A DNA stretch of 64,000 nucleotides. Origin: Paraglomus brasilianum (lineage: Eukaryota). The translations under genes and the position numbers were made by a program. The stretch spans positions 1 through 64,000 of the forward strand of contig CAJVPI010000030.1 in assembly GCA_910592345.1 (NCBI GenBank), written 5' to 3'. Shown in pieces: positions 14,701 through 26,871 of this stretch (its first letter is position 1; each line of letters starts with the position of its first letter). The notes beneath the pieces were generated by a model. The model saw only the letters and a program-made list of their open reading frames with translations. It was not told where the DNA came from and made no database searches.

Positions 14701-14967
14701 AGTTATGCACAAGGACAAAATCTTCATTTCTCACCAGACGGTGAAGTACGTTTGGCTTTACCCTCTCGACAAGGGAACGAGGAGGCTAATAGTGGTAGTG
14801 GCGGGGCCACTGCCAATGTTACTGAACTTGTCGTGAGATTTGAGATTTTCATTGTGAAAGTGCCTTTATTACTTGGCGTGCATGGATTGCAATTCCGGCG
14901 CGTTGCGGGTGACCCATGGCAGTATAAGAATATGTGTTCAAAAATACTTGGCGAGCTGAAGTTATGA
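10959..14967 (+). CDS. KIN1: Kin1/MARK/PAR-1 family Ser/Thr kinase (CAMKL) with N-terminal polyQ and C-terminal KA1 domain; exons 10959-11927, 12065-12359, 12446-12478, 12599-12901, 13040-14967
   Basis: '[12 protein letters not shown]', '[15 protein letters not shown]', '[24 protein letters not shown]', '[29 protein letters not shown]', '[18 protein letters not shown]' and terminal '[41 protein letters not shown]' (KA1). Confidence 0.95.
11476..11727 (+). repeat. CAG/CAA polyglutamine(-His) coding repeat in KIN1 exon 1
   Basis: Long CAA/CAG runs interrupted by CAC/CAT codons. Confidence 0.95.
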
Positions 14968-17900
14968 TAAAGACGCGAACGTTTAGCTTATTTTTGTGTG
15001 TTATTACTAGTTAATCTAGTTAATCGTATACTCAATACCATAGAATGTTTCGGGGAATTTGGCCTTTGGCATTGAAATTATTTATAGTCTGTGTGAATTA
15101 TGATTATGCTACCCTCATTTTTTTTATTCTCACAAAACGTCTTGGAATTATTACTGTATATGTTTTTTCCTTCTGGTTGTAGATATGTTCTTTTTTTTTT
15201 CTTTCCCTTTCTTATTAACTTTTCTGTCAAGTATACTTTCGTATGGAATCATACGCGTCTGTGATATTATTATGTTATAAATAAATATGTATAAACCCTG
15301 GTATCAATTACTTGGATATATAAAACAGCAGCTCCCTTTGACTTTGACTCACGCATATATAAGGCAAACTGCAAGGTACTGTATTTTGTGGATCTTGCAA
15401 AATTTCTAGCATGCTAGAATTGCAAATTGAAACACAAGTCAAGTGTCACACTCATTGAACCAAGACTTTCTGTAGATTGAAGGAATAAAAGTCCCTCGCG
15501 ATAGCAGTTGGATTGAAGATAGATGAAAGAAATTTAATAGCAAAACCTTGGATGAAATAGATATTGCCTTTGAATCTGAAACCTTTCTGTACATCATGAT
15601 TGTTGCTATACGTGGTTACCGAAGGATGCATTTTTTACTAGTTAATTATCTCGTTAAAAGTAGTATAGTGACACATTATATCTCAGCAATGGCATTGACT
15701 GCAAAAGACGATGAATCATCTAATCATGACCGTCTTTGCTAAAGACGCGATTTAATTTTTTACTAATTAGGATAGCTAATATGATTCCACCTAGAGAACT
15801 GGGCACTCTATCTACCCTTTCTTACAATCTTTCGTATGGAATAAATTTTTTAAAGAAGAAAATAGCGTGTAACGACAAGTAACCAACGTTTAAGGGTTCC
15901 AATGTAGTAATCAGCATGTCAATCACATATGATTACCTGTTACTTGCATATTAATATTATGTTAATTAGCCTTTTTGTCTTACACTGTCTTCGAGTAACA
16001 CGTCTTGACAAGCCAAAGCGAGATCTATAACCAATGGTAATATTCATGCAAAGTCTATTAAAACTGCTTTTCTCTAAATGCATCTAAAGACTCGCATCTT
16101 TAGCATTTTGTATTTGTTAACAGGGATCAATGCTATGATGGACAAATTCTCGCCCTCCATTGAAAGCTTGTAGATAATAGGAGTTCGTATAGCGAAGGGA
16201 ATGTATGCATGTTTATCGAGATACTCCTACGACTCTTTACCTCGTATCTATAAACTTCTGCCTGATGACCAGATTAAAATTCAGCAACTCACGATTCAAG
16301 ATAGAAATCAACTTCAGGTTATTTATACTTCTAGAATGAAGGGAATGCAATCTCCTCAAGTATTATTGTTGTTATTAATGTTATACTAAAAATAATAAGG
16401 CTACTTTTACAGTCCACACCATGACTAGCGATTTTGCCATCCACAGAATATCGATAATTGTCATCTAGTTGAAAGATGAAACTAAGATATGAATAAACCA
16501 TAACACCGGGAGAAAGAGATCAACGGATAAAGTTTGAGGTAAGAAGGTATTACTTACTATAACTGAGCATCCAAGACATCAGTCAATATTCAAGATTGGA
16601 CTCATCTTGCAAGATGGCACCAGATCTGCTGAAAAAGGTCATGACGTACTTTAAAACGGAACTGTTTCGAGAATTTCCTCCGGCCACTCCAGTGCTTACC
16701 ATAACCATCAGGAAACACGTTGAATGAGCTCACAAGTTTATCAAAAGCTGGAATTCGCGTGACGGGAAAAACAAACCTCTATTGTTTTGAAAGTAATATT
16801 TGCAGGCCCTATTTGCGTTAACATTAACGATATGGTTCTGGAGTCGGGTTTTAGGCGAGAACTGCTGTGGACGTATTGGGATTTATTATATTCAAGATAT
16901 TAAAGTATAGTGAATATTATTTTGGATATGAGGTCGAGAAAGCGAAATTGCAACGTCAAGAAGTAAACAGAAAGTGTCTCGCGTCTCTGCAAACGAATTA
17001 TGCCTTCCGACCTCGAAGTAATGAGTTGTAGTTTTCTCTAGTCGAACCCGAAGAAAAAGCTTATTTCTACACGACATTTGAAGGATGGATCTTGGATTAT
17101 TACACTGTAAACTGTGAATCAAGCCCCCGCCATCAAAGAGACACACAATTCTGCGAAAACAGGGATAACTTGATGGTCATTGAACTGACCAAGGAGCCGT
17201 GAAAAATGAACTTGTAATGTCATCTATCGTTGTTATCACTCTTTAGGTTAACGCTTTCGATCCAATTAATATACGCGTATAAGATTACCCTTTTTACCCC
17301 CAACTCCAATCCCAACTTCAGATAGTATTTTAGCCCAACATAGCTATGCGAAAGTACAAAGCTAGTAAGCTTCCCTAATGCGTCCAGGAAGTCTGGCGGT
17401 TATCGTCAATTGTCAATTCGAGCCTACTCTTGAGAGAGAGAGAGAGAGAGATGCCGAATTTCAATAGTCCGACAATCTTCTAGTAAAGACCGCTTCCTGC
17501 GATGCGATTGCTACCTATGGGAAACTTAACCGTAAAGCTGGTTTACTATTATTGCTCGCGCGTGTGATACTTCATTGTTTCTTCAGCTTTAGATATAGCA
17601 ATAGACATCATAAATAAAGCGACTTGTAGCTTAATCTGATGCATTTGTATGAGCCGGCAAGGATCTCCTTTCCAATGTATCGAACCCTATGATCTTCCCA
17701 GGTTATGTTCAACGTATAGCCCTACATTCTCTTGAACGCCCGTGTGTGCTATGACGTTGATCTAGCCGATCCCTGGTTTGTTATGCGGGTAGAGAACAAG
17801 AAACATTGTTTGATTTGAGAGCCACGACCGAATTCTGTAAACTGCTACTACTCCATATTACGCACACACGACAGTTTGAGAGAACGATATCTCTTAATCA

Positions 17901-18995
17901 ATGTTGCAGACGTATATGAATTGGTCCATAATAATCAACGACTGTTACAATTTAGTTTCCGAGTCACGATACATTCTAATGAAATTCTCCAGCAGCAAAA
18001 TCAATTATTGGGTAGATATTCTTAAAGAAACTTCCAGTTATATATTCGCCTTTGGTTGAGTTCCTTAACCTTCATATGGCATACATGTTCATGCAACATT
18101 CCCTCACAGTTCGCTGAAAGTCGAAGCTCAATGGTGTGTCTGCTAGGTACAACTACTGTGTGCACGGAGTGGCTAGGAAAAGCCCTTGGTTTTATTAATA
18201 TATGAGTTCATATTCTTCAAATTGTGTAATCGATCACCATAGAGTGTGACATATCGTGACTATTGAATATCCTTGGCACGTCTCTATAGGATCCTTCTCT
18301 TCAGTATTCGTGACACAACATATAATTTTTTTTTGTGCCTAGCCACCACATTTTCGCATTCATCCTCTCCTTCGCTTTACACGCGCCATAAATTCTTCGA
18401 CTCTTTAATTGCCTACGATTAAAATTCCCTCAATAATAAATATCATTGTGTCGCGGTGATAAACTATAATCGAATACATAATTTATTCAATGCATTCAAA
18501 TTCTTCCTCTTCGTTAAATACGGGGTTTAAAGGTATTCCAGCGGGTCAGCCGAATAGGCTAGCTGGATTAACTACTGGTGAGGGCATCCATGTCATGTGA
18601 AATAACACATAGGAAACCTATGTTATATCCGTATTCGCAATATCCTGGGTTATTCTTCTATCCATTTCGCATATTTGCTTTTAGATGACTATTCAAAATG
18701 ATTTGTTCTAGATATTTACCGATCACACGCATAACACGTGACATAAAATCTACACGCGTTCTGCAGATAAACTCAATCTTATGTGCATGAATAGATTATG
18801 AAGATCATGTCATGCCATCAACATAAATTTTGCATACCGTAACTTCTGCTACACATCTCTTTTATTCTATACTCTTCCGTAAACGAGACGCTGCCATTCT
18901 CACTTTCTTGTGTTTCTTATCAGTTATTAATTTTGGCTTCCCAAACATTTATTAACAAACACTTTTTGTCTGCTTAAGGGTCAACTTCAAGTTAC

Positions 18996-19637
18996 ATGTC
19001 TTCACAATTTCGTATGTCTGCCTATGCGACTCAACTGTCCGGAAAGTCTATGAGCGAATGGTTGAAAGATTTGAAAGAAACAAATTTTGATGTGTATTCC
19101 AGCGTGATTGAGCAAATCGAGAATATAAACCCGGATTTATTTGAAAAGGATATCTTGGGTAAAAAGAAAAGCACGAAGAACAAGACTAAGAAAAGGTTAA
19201 TAAAGAAGAACGCGATTTGCTGGAAAAGGAAGAAAAATACGACACGACACGTTAGAGTTAAAGATTCGTCAAATGTTCATGCCAAGAGTACCGTCGACTC
19301 CTCCTCCTCCATTTCAACCTCTCTTTCCTCTCGACCGCCACCATCTCCATCTCCATCTCCATCTCCATCTCCATCTCCATCTCCATCTCCATCTCCATCT
19401 TCATCTCCTCCATCGACTCATGTTACGGCGACTTCAAAGAGAAGAAAAGAAACACGTGATGTTGGCAACACGAATAAAACTGGCATAAATATAAAGTCAT
19501 CTCCTGGAAACAAAAAAGCCAAAAATAATAATAGATCTATACCACGGACACAAAGTACAGATGAGAATGGTACGCGAGAATATAATAGCAGACCAAGAAG
19601 ACATGCTTTGAAAGAGCGAACAGACGTGCAAACATAA
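18996..19637 (+). CDS. Hypothetical protein (213 aa): N-terminal 'ENINPD' motif, then Lys/Arg-rich and (SP)n disordered region
   Basis: Intact single-exon ATG-TAA ORF. The N-terminal ~50 aa align with ORF 23982..24785. (CCATCT)10 at 19341-19400 encodes the SP repeats. Confidence 0.65.
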   Translation: MSSQFRMSAYATQLSGKSMSEWLKDLKETNFDVYSSVIEQIENINPDLFEKDILGKKKSTKNKTKKRLIKKNAICWKRKKNTTRHVRVKDSSNVHAKSTVDSSSSISTSLSSRPPPSPSPSPSPSPSPSPSPSPSSSPPSTHVTATSKRRKETRDVGNTNKTGINIKSSPGNKKAKNNNRSIPRTQSTDENGTREYNSRPRRHALKERTDVQT

Positions 19638-20171
19638 CAAATTAATTTCGGTGGATAAGCTTGTATGCGTACGTATTTTAGCACAGAATTTTAACAAAAA
19701 GGTACAAAAGGCAGTTGTAAACCCCACTTTCGGCTTAGATTGTTTGTAATGGGCTTATTTTTATGAGAAAGGGTCAGAATAATATAGAACAACAATTCAA
19801 GTAATAACGCTTATTCTTTGATAAAAAAATATGTTTGAGCTAATTACATAATTTGAATAAAATGAGGCATCCGAGTATGAAAATCATCGTCTCACGAAAA
19901 AAGTGCTTCAAAGTATATTTTAACAGGAAAAAAGTAAGGGACAGTTTTCTTCCATCAGTTATATTGATTCGATGGTAAAGAGGGGGATATCTCGGGGATT
20001 CCATTTGGCTTCAGATATAACAATTACCCAACGTCATTAACTCCATGACGAGAAAAGGATAGTTTTCATAATTTGACCCTTCAAATTTTTGAGAATTGAC
20101 TGTGTGTAGATTACGACACTGATGCGATGCTTCGAGAATGAAAATAAATTAAAGTAACCGAATTTTGATCG

Positions 20172-22035
20172 GCACGTGTTTTGTACCTATTACAGTCAAC
20201 GCGCAAGCTACAAAGAATAATGAGCGTAAAAGCCCTTTATATTTATCACACTTAAAGTCGACATTTTAGCGGCAGAATTGGCCGCTAAGAGATTTACGCG
20301 AGTGGCAAGGCGCTGGCCAATCTTGCTTGCTGTCTCTTCTTATGAAAATATCCAGCTTACTCTTGATCTCGGCCAGTAATAATTATCTACATGTCATGTT
20401 CTTGTTTATATTATAAGAGTTTGAACAATAAACTTTCCTTACAATATTCGTCGTTATTCGACGTTATTTGTCGGAGCCTTTGGCATTTGAACATCGAAGA
20501 CTGGAATGGTTCCATTGTGCGGATCTTGGTAAGATCAATAATACTGAGATGAGAGATGCACTTCATGTTATTCTTTATAAAAAGAAAAGCTTACCCTACA
20601 TGCTGCTGCTTTAGACCTAGCTATACAGTACGTAAGCAAACGGATGGATCATAAATTGGGACTGTTACGGAATGAACATTAAATGCTAATGGAAAAGACG
20701 TGAAGATGCTTTACACGATTATATTGTAAGTAAATGACTTGAATAAGAATCAGTTCGATTATGCCCAGAATCCAACAGAGATTTAACTTCTTATGCTCGC
20801 TCTCCTATTTCTCTCAACTGATAGGGCTTTACAGATAAAGATGTTGGAGGCTTTGGGACGCCGATATCGTCCAGTGTGTCGATGAACCTCAATTTCCAGC
20901 TATACGACTAAATTCGATGGATAATCATTCTGCATCCGTATTAGCATGTTGGTATTGTGTAGTTGTGAAATCAGGTGATGCCAATGGTATCCCGGATCGC
21001 GACCAAAGCGAGCTAGTTTGGCCAATAGAGGTCACGAAAAAGCCAAAACAATCCAACCACCGCCCTGATGCCGTTCCAATCGTTAAACCGGGCTTACGTC
21101 TGAAAAGTGAAATTATTGATACAATGAAGAGAATCTAATTGGGAAGTCAATACATCATGCCTGATGGATTTTGTCTACGGACAATCAATTACTATTACAA
21201 AAAAAGTCTCTGGAATATATATGACACCATTTCCCAATGCTCCTCCGACTTCCATCTTCAGAAGAGGATTCAAAGAAAGAATCATGATGAGAATATCGCG
21301 ACTAGCCTGGTTAGTGAGCTGTTAGACTTGATATGCGGAAAGGTATGATGGTATTGTTATTACAATAATCCCGTGCACCAATAAATTACATTTGGATGAT
21401 GCCAACACAATACATCTTATGTGATAAAATGGAAGCAAATAGTGACAATCCCGAAACGGGCTAGCCCGTTCTTAGAATGGGCCAATTCCCAGAATGGGCC
21501 GTAACATTACTGTTGTACTTGGATCTCCTCTTACTATACCTTTTTCTTATGGGTTACTCTTAACTTTTTATGGATGGCACGCGTTTGACAATTTATAGCT
21601 ATATTTAGACATATTATATTAAATTATTAACAAAAGACAGAGATCGTAATAATTATTAGTATTTCTCGCACAATCTGTTATATCCATCAACGTGACTAAT
21701 ACGACCTTCACAACGTCGAAATTGCCTAATTATCAATAAAAATGATAGACCCGCTCAATTCATCCTTATTCATTGTATTTATTTCTTTATTTTTCTTCAC
21801 CACGTTCAAGCATGGTAGACATGTTCAAATAGCGTCTAATGCCTTAACATTCTCTTCAAAATCATCACGTATTCGTGTGTAACATCTCCTGGTCGCGTCA
21901 TTCATCATTCCTTCCCCAACATACAACAACTTGGTTACATGCAACATGTTACTCAATGCCTCTCTCTCTATTCGCCCTCCCTGCCCACAAGCTCACTCTC
22001 TTCGGATCTTCACTCTCAACTTGGTTGACCACTCT
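20172..22035 (+). repeat. Copy 1 of a diverged tandem segmental duplication (matches 22585-24062)
   Basis: Shared blocks such as 'ttttagcggcagaa.tggc..ctaagag', 'gctggccaatcttgcttgctgtctcttcttatg', 'ttccatcttcagaagaggattcaaagaaagaa', 'ttcttcaccacgttcaagcatgg' and 'ttactcaatgcctctctct'. Confidence 0.9.
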
Positions 22036-22057
22036 ACATATTATGTCCGTGATATAG
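21956..22057 (+). pseudogene. 5'-only truncated copy of the 23982..24785 gene
   Basis: 'MPLSLFALPAHKLTLFGSSLSTWLTTL' versus 'MPLSPFALSAHKLPLFGSSLSAWLTTL', then abrupt divergence and a stop. Confidence 0.8.
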
Positions 22058-22066
22058 ATCTCGACT

Positions 22067-22550
22067 TTATGACAGTTTGATGTTTATTTGTGTTGCCAAA
22101 TCACGTGTTTCTTTCTTCTCTTTGAAGTCGCCGTAAGGTGGTGGTAATGACGACGGTAGAGGATGAGATGTAGATAGAGATGGAGATGGTGGCGGTCGAG
22201 AGGAAATCGCGTTCTCTATTAACCTTTTCTCAGCCTTGTTCTTCGTGCTTTTCTTTTTACCCAGGAAGATATCCTTTTCAAATAAACCCGGGTTTATATT
22301 CTCGATTTGCTCAATCACGTTGGAATACATATCTAAATTTATTTCTTCAACCATTCGCTCATGGACTTTCCGGACAGTCGAGTCGCATAGGCAGACATAC
22401 GAAACTGTGAGGACATTTAACTCAAAGTTGGCAAAAGTGATTGTTAATAAGTGTTTGGAAACCAAAAATTAATGACTGATAAGAAACACATGCAAGTAAG
22501 AATGGGCAGCGAGATGTGTAATAGAAGTTACGTTATACAAAGTCTATGAT
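22067..22550 (-). pseudogene. Inverted, frameshifted, internally deleted copy of the 18996..19637 gene with its upstream region (ATG at 22416)
   Basis: Reverse complement matches about 18830-19500 ('tttcgtatgtctgcctatgcgactc.actgtccggaaagtc.atgagcgaatggttgaa', 'VIEQIENINP.LFEKDI'). A ~10-nt deletion after 'EWL' breaks the frame. Confidence 0.85.
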
Positions 22551-22584
22551 ATACGTGAACCAAGAAATTCGCGAATCTTGATAC

Positions 22585-24062
22585 GCACGTGTTTGTACCT
22601 TTGCAGCCAACGCGCGCATTCCCTCCCTTTTTACAGCTACAAGAATAATGAGAATAAGCCCTTTATCACACTCAAAGCCGACTTTTTAGCGGCAGAACTG
22701 GCTTCTAAGAGGTATCGCTCGAGCTGGCCAATCTTGCTTGCTGTCTCTTCTTATGGAGATATCCAGCATACTCTTGATCTCGGCCAGTAATAATTATGTA
22801 CATCGCATATTGGAATGTTTCCATTGTACGGATCTTGATAAGATCAATACTGAGAGATGCGCTTCATAAAGAAGAAAACTTACTCTACATACTGCTGCTT
22901 TAGTCCTCAGTCAGGACCTAGATATACAATACGTAGAATATTATAAGCAAACGGATCAGATCATAAAATAATGGGAAAGACGTGAAGGTGCTGTAATGAA
23001 AAATGTCTCTGGAGTATACATGACATCACTTCCCAATGCTTCAACTTCCATCTTCAGAAGAGGATTCAAAGAAAGAACCATGATGAGAATGCCACGACTA
23101 GCCTGGTTAGTGAGCTGTAGACCTGATATGCGGAAAGGTCTGATGGGATGGTATTGTTATTACCGTCATACATGGATGATGTATCATCTCCTCCCAATAA
23201 ACCTTTTCTTATTGTAACGTGATGTAAACTTTCCTGAATTGGACCTGTTTTATAGCATGGATCACCATTAACGTTTAATGGGTGGCACGAGAGAAAATAC
23301 GGAGGAAGCGTTTGACAATTTAAGCGAGCGTCACTTTGTCCCATTTGTATCTTCATCAGGTGGTACTGCTAAATTCAACTAGACATGAGATAATAATAAC
23401 GACAAGATTAGATTTCTGATAACTATGTTTAGGCATATTATATTGAAATATTAACTAGCGAAAGACGGAGATTGTTAATATTTCTCGCTCAATCTGTTAT
23501 TATCCATCAACGTGACTAATACGGCTCTCGCAATAAATTGTTACCTAATTATCAATAAAAATGATAGATTTGCTCAATTCTTCATCATTCATCACATTTA
23601 TTTCTTTATTTCTTCACCACGTTCAAGCATGGAAGACATATTCAAATAGTAACTAATAAAATAGCATTAACATTCTCTTCAAAATCACTCGTCAATCACG
23701 TATTCGTGTGTAACATCTCCTCACGACATCTGGTCGCGTCGTTCATCATTCTAACACCTTCCCCTTCCTCTCTTCCCCATCTCTCTCTTTTCCTTTCACA
23801 TACGCTGTAACGACTGTGCACGTACATCAACTCAGTATTATTTAACTACACAGAATAGAATACGTGCATGACCATCAATATAATATAACTGATAATTCCA
23901 TTCATTCTTCATGTTCCGCTTGACGTACGCGTTTGCACACTAATACACCTCACGCATACGACATATACATATTGTTACTCAATGCCTCTCTCTCCATTCG
24001 CCCTCTCTGCCCACAAGCTCCCTCTCTTCGGATCTTCACTCTCAGCCTGGTTGACCACTCTA
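22585..24062 (+). repeat. Copy 2 of the tandem segmental duplication (matches 20172-22035, with indels)
   Basis: Same blocks as copy 1, in the same order. Confidence 0.9.
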
Positions 24063-24785
24063 CGAGCCACTCAACCATCCTTATACGAACACGCCCGACA
24101 ACACGTGGAGAATATCAACCCTGATTGGTTTAATGAGAGATCAGGAGAAGGGATGAGAAAGATTAAGGGTGAGGAAAAAGAACAGAGAGGAGACTGTAAA
24201 ATAAGAGCTGAAGATAATGACATAGATTTAGAGAATGAACATGAGTTTAGTGAAGATTTAGAAGATATGTCGGATGATGCATGGAAGAAAAAATCAATGG
24301 ATCAAGAAGAGTTTAATCGAAAAGAGACTATTCAAAATAAAGATAGTCAACATGCAAAAAATCAAAGTAGAATAAACCGAAGCACAATTAACACAATCAT
24401 CGGCCGCTCTTCATCTTCTATCTCTTTCGGCCTCGTTCGCACATCTTCTCCAATGCTCGATCGAACCAACATCTCTCATCTCTCCCGCTGTTCAAGATTC
24501 ATCAGACAAACACGACGAATGGATTATTATAATAATAATGTTTCTTTACTACGTTCAACGCGATCACGTGTTAGAGCTAATAGAAATGTTGGTGAGGATA
24601 AGCGGAAAAGAGTGATGAGATGTCATAAAGACAAGAATATAAAGAATCATTCGAGAAAAGTCGACAAATTACAGATAGTTGGCGTTGGGAAGAAGGAGAA
24701 TGGAAGGAAGAGAGCGAACAAGGGTTGCAAGGAAAATGATGATATTGATAATAAGGAGAAAGGGAGAGATGGTAAGAAAAAGTAA
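23982..24785 (+). CDS. Hypothetical protein (267 aa): N-terminal 'ENINPD' motif, acidic patch, then Arg/Lys-rich tail
   Basis: Intact single-exon ORF. N-terminus is homologous at protein level to 18996..19637. Confidence 0.65.
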   Translation: MPLSPFALSAHKLPLFGSSLSAWLTTLRATQPSLYEHARQHVENINPDWFNERSGEGMRKIKGEEKEQRGDCKIRAEDNDIDLENEHEFSEDLEDMSDDAWKKKSMDQEEFNRKETIQNKDSQHAKNQSRINRSTINTIIGRSSSSISFGLVRTSSPMLDRTNISHLSRCSRFIRQTRRMDYYNNNVSLLRSTRSRVRANRNVGEDKRKRVMRCHKDKNIKNHSRKVDKLQIVGVGKKENGRKRANKGCKENDDIDNKEKGRDGKKK

Positions 24786-25929
24786 GTCCTGATTATATGT
24801 ATTCCAAACTACCTTCATCGGTGATATGTTGAGATGGTGATCGTGGTAATTGACAACTATTTATTTGATAGGCAGAAGAAGTAGTATTGACAAGAATACC
24901 CAAAATAGCTAGTGCCAAAGTACATCGTCATATTCTGTATAATATACAAATAGACATGGAAACATGCTGCAAACAAACAAATCAGACAAAGTGAAAGAGC
25001 TCAAAAAGAACATAAGACCATGTTGTACTACTGCTGATTTTACAAATGGCCTTCGTCTTGAATGCATATTTGCATGGAAACCAGGAGCAAGCCAGACTAA
25101 TAAAAACAACTCTACCATACTATTGAAGATACTTAGCATTTATCCAAAGGATAAACTTTTTTTTTTTGCAAGCAAGAAGATTTTTACAGCAAACAACTGT
25201 AATTTCGATTCTCCATAATTTTTGGTTTTCCCTAAATAACATGTCCTACGATTTGCCATGATCCCGACGTTTGGTTTTAGGATTGTACTCGTGAATAGAT
25301 TCCTAATATTCGGCGCGCGTAATGAGTTTCTGGCCCATGTGATCTACTATTACCACGTGTTTACTTACCAAGATAGTCTTTTATCTTAACACAAATACAT
25401 TTCCTAGTTATATTAGGGTAAATTCTTATTAGCATGTAATTGGAATTCCTGAAATCAATCATGCACGTACGCTTACAGTACTTCTTACATAATTATGGCG
25501 AAATTCGATGATTTGAAGTCTAAATAAATGCTCAATAAATTCAAATAGAAAGACTTTGTGGCGTGTTATTTTCCATCGCATGCAAATTGGGAACAACTAG
25601 AGTATTGATTTTATCATTAATTTGAACAACATTCTTTGTACCTAACGTGCAAAATACTGTTTACCAATGTATTTTTGTATACGCAACAGTAGAAAAGTCT
25701 CGGATGTTTATTAGGTATGAAAATGTCTGGGATAATAGTCTTCGGTATTTATTCACAAGCGCAATCTGATAAATAAAGTAAATTTCCTATTCGTTGATTT
25801 CTCAATAATCGTACTAGGGCATGTTGATTTTTTTTAAAAAAAAAAAAAAAAACAACGTCCCTCTCGTTGCAAGTTGCTAGTTCATGTCAGTGTAAGTTGT
25901 CATAATTGATTACTTCCTAATATTTGCTT

Positions 25930-26871
25930 CTAAGTTTTAAGCATCTTTCGTGCCATTCTATTAATAAGAAAGAAAGTCAATTCGGGGAACGATGCTTCCA
26001 GAAGTCTTACGAGCTTCCCCTTCGCGGTAAATACAACTTCTTTTGTGCCATTGCAAGTAGCTTCAAACATGATACGTGCGCACTCCTCTGACGTCATAGC
26101 ACCTTTCATATTTAAATCAAAAGGTTGATCACCCAACCTCGTCTTATTTATGGAACTCACTACAACACCAGGGTAGATCATCGTTATATGGATATCTTTG
26201 TCCCATAAATCTGCCCGTAACGCTTCAAAAAACCCTCTGACCGCAAATTTGGACGCCGAATACCCGGTTCGGTAAGGAACACCAGCAATCCCTGCAAGAG
26301 AACTGTTGACGACTATTCTCGACTTTGGTGATCTCTTCAACAACGGCAATGCATGAAAAGTGACGTTCACGCATCCCATATAGTTCACATCGATCAACTT
26401 CTTAATGATATCCAAGTTCTTCAGAGTATCAAAAGTCTCTCCCATGCTCACGCCTGCATTCAATATCAAACAATCCAGTTTACCATATCTCTCCCCTGTT
26501 TTCTTTATTAGATTTTTCGCATCCGCTTCAGAAGCAACGTCTGTCGGTACGACGAGCACATCTTTTGCGCCCAGTGCAGTACATTTTTGGGCAACACGAT
26601 CCAATTCATCCTTCCGTCGAGCAGCCAGAATCACGGATGATCCAGCACGAGAAAACGTATATGCGAGTGATTCGCCTATTCCACTCGAAGCTCCGGTTAT
26701 AAGGACCACCTTATCTGCAGGATGCCACGGTTTTGTGCCAGTTTCGCGTGCCTTACGGAGAACAAGGTTTGCAACAAAAAGAATTGGAGATAGTAAGATT
26801 ATTACGAATAGTGATGCGTCAGTGTACACGGCCATGACTGCGAAAATGATAAAAGCGAAGGGGTTTAACAT
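25930..26871 (-). CDS. Short-chain dehydrogenase/reductase, DHRS7/11beta-HSD1-like, with N-terminal membrane anchor; intronless (likely start 'MLNPFAF' at 26871)
   Basis: 'VVLITGASSGIGESLA' (TGxxxGxG), 'LAARR', 'LILNAG', catalytic 'SS...YSASK', and a hydrophobic N-terminus. Confidence 0.93.
   Translation of the reverse strand: MLNPFAFIIFAVMAVYTDASLFVIILLSPILFVANLVLRKARETGTKPWHPADKVVLITGASSGIGESLAYTFSRAGSSVILAARRKDELDRVAQKCTALGAKDVLVVPTDVASEADAKNLIKKTGERYGKLDCLILNAGVSMGETFDTLKNLDIIKKLIDVNYMGCVNVTFHALPLLKRSPKSRIVVNSSLAGIAGVPYRTGYSASKFAVRGFFEALRADLWDKDIHITMIYPGVVVSSINKTRLGDQPFDLNMKGAMTSEECARIMFEATCNGTKEVVFTAKGKLVRLLEASFPELTFFLINRMARKMLKT

Noticed and set aside
19273..19488. ORF with (HL)n repeat resembling a metal-binding His repeat
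   Set aside because: Alternative frame of the (CCATCT)n repeat inside ORF 18996..19637.
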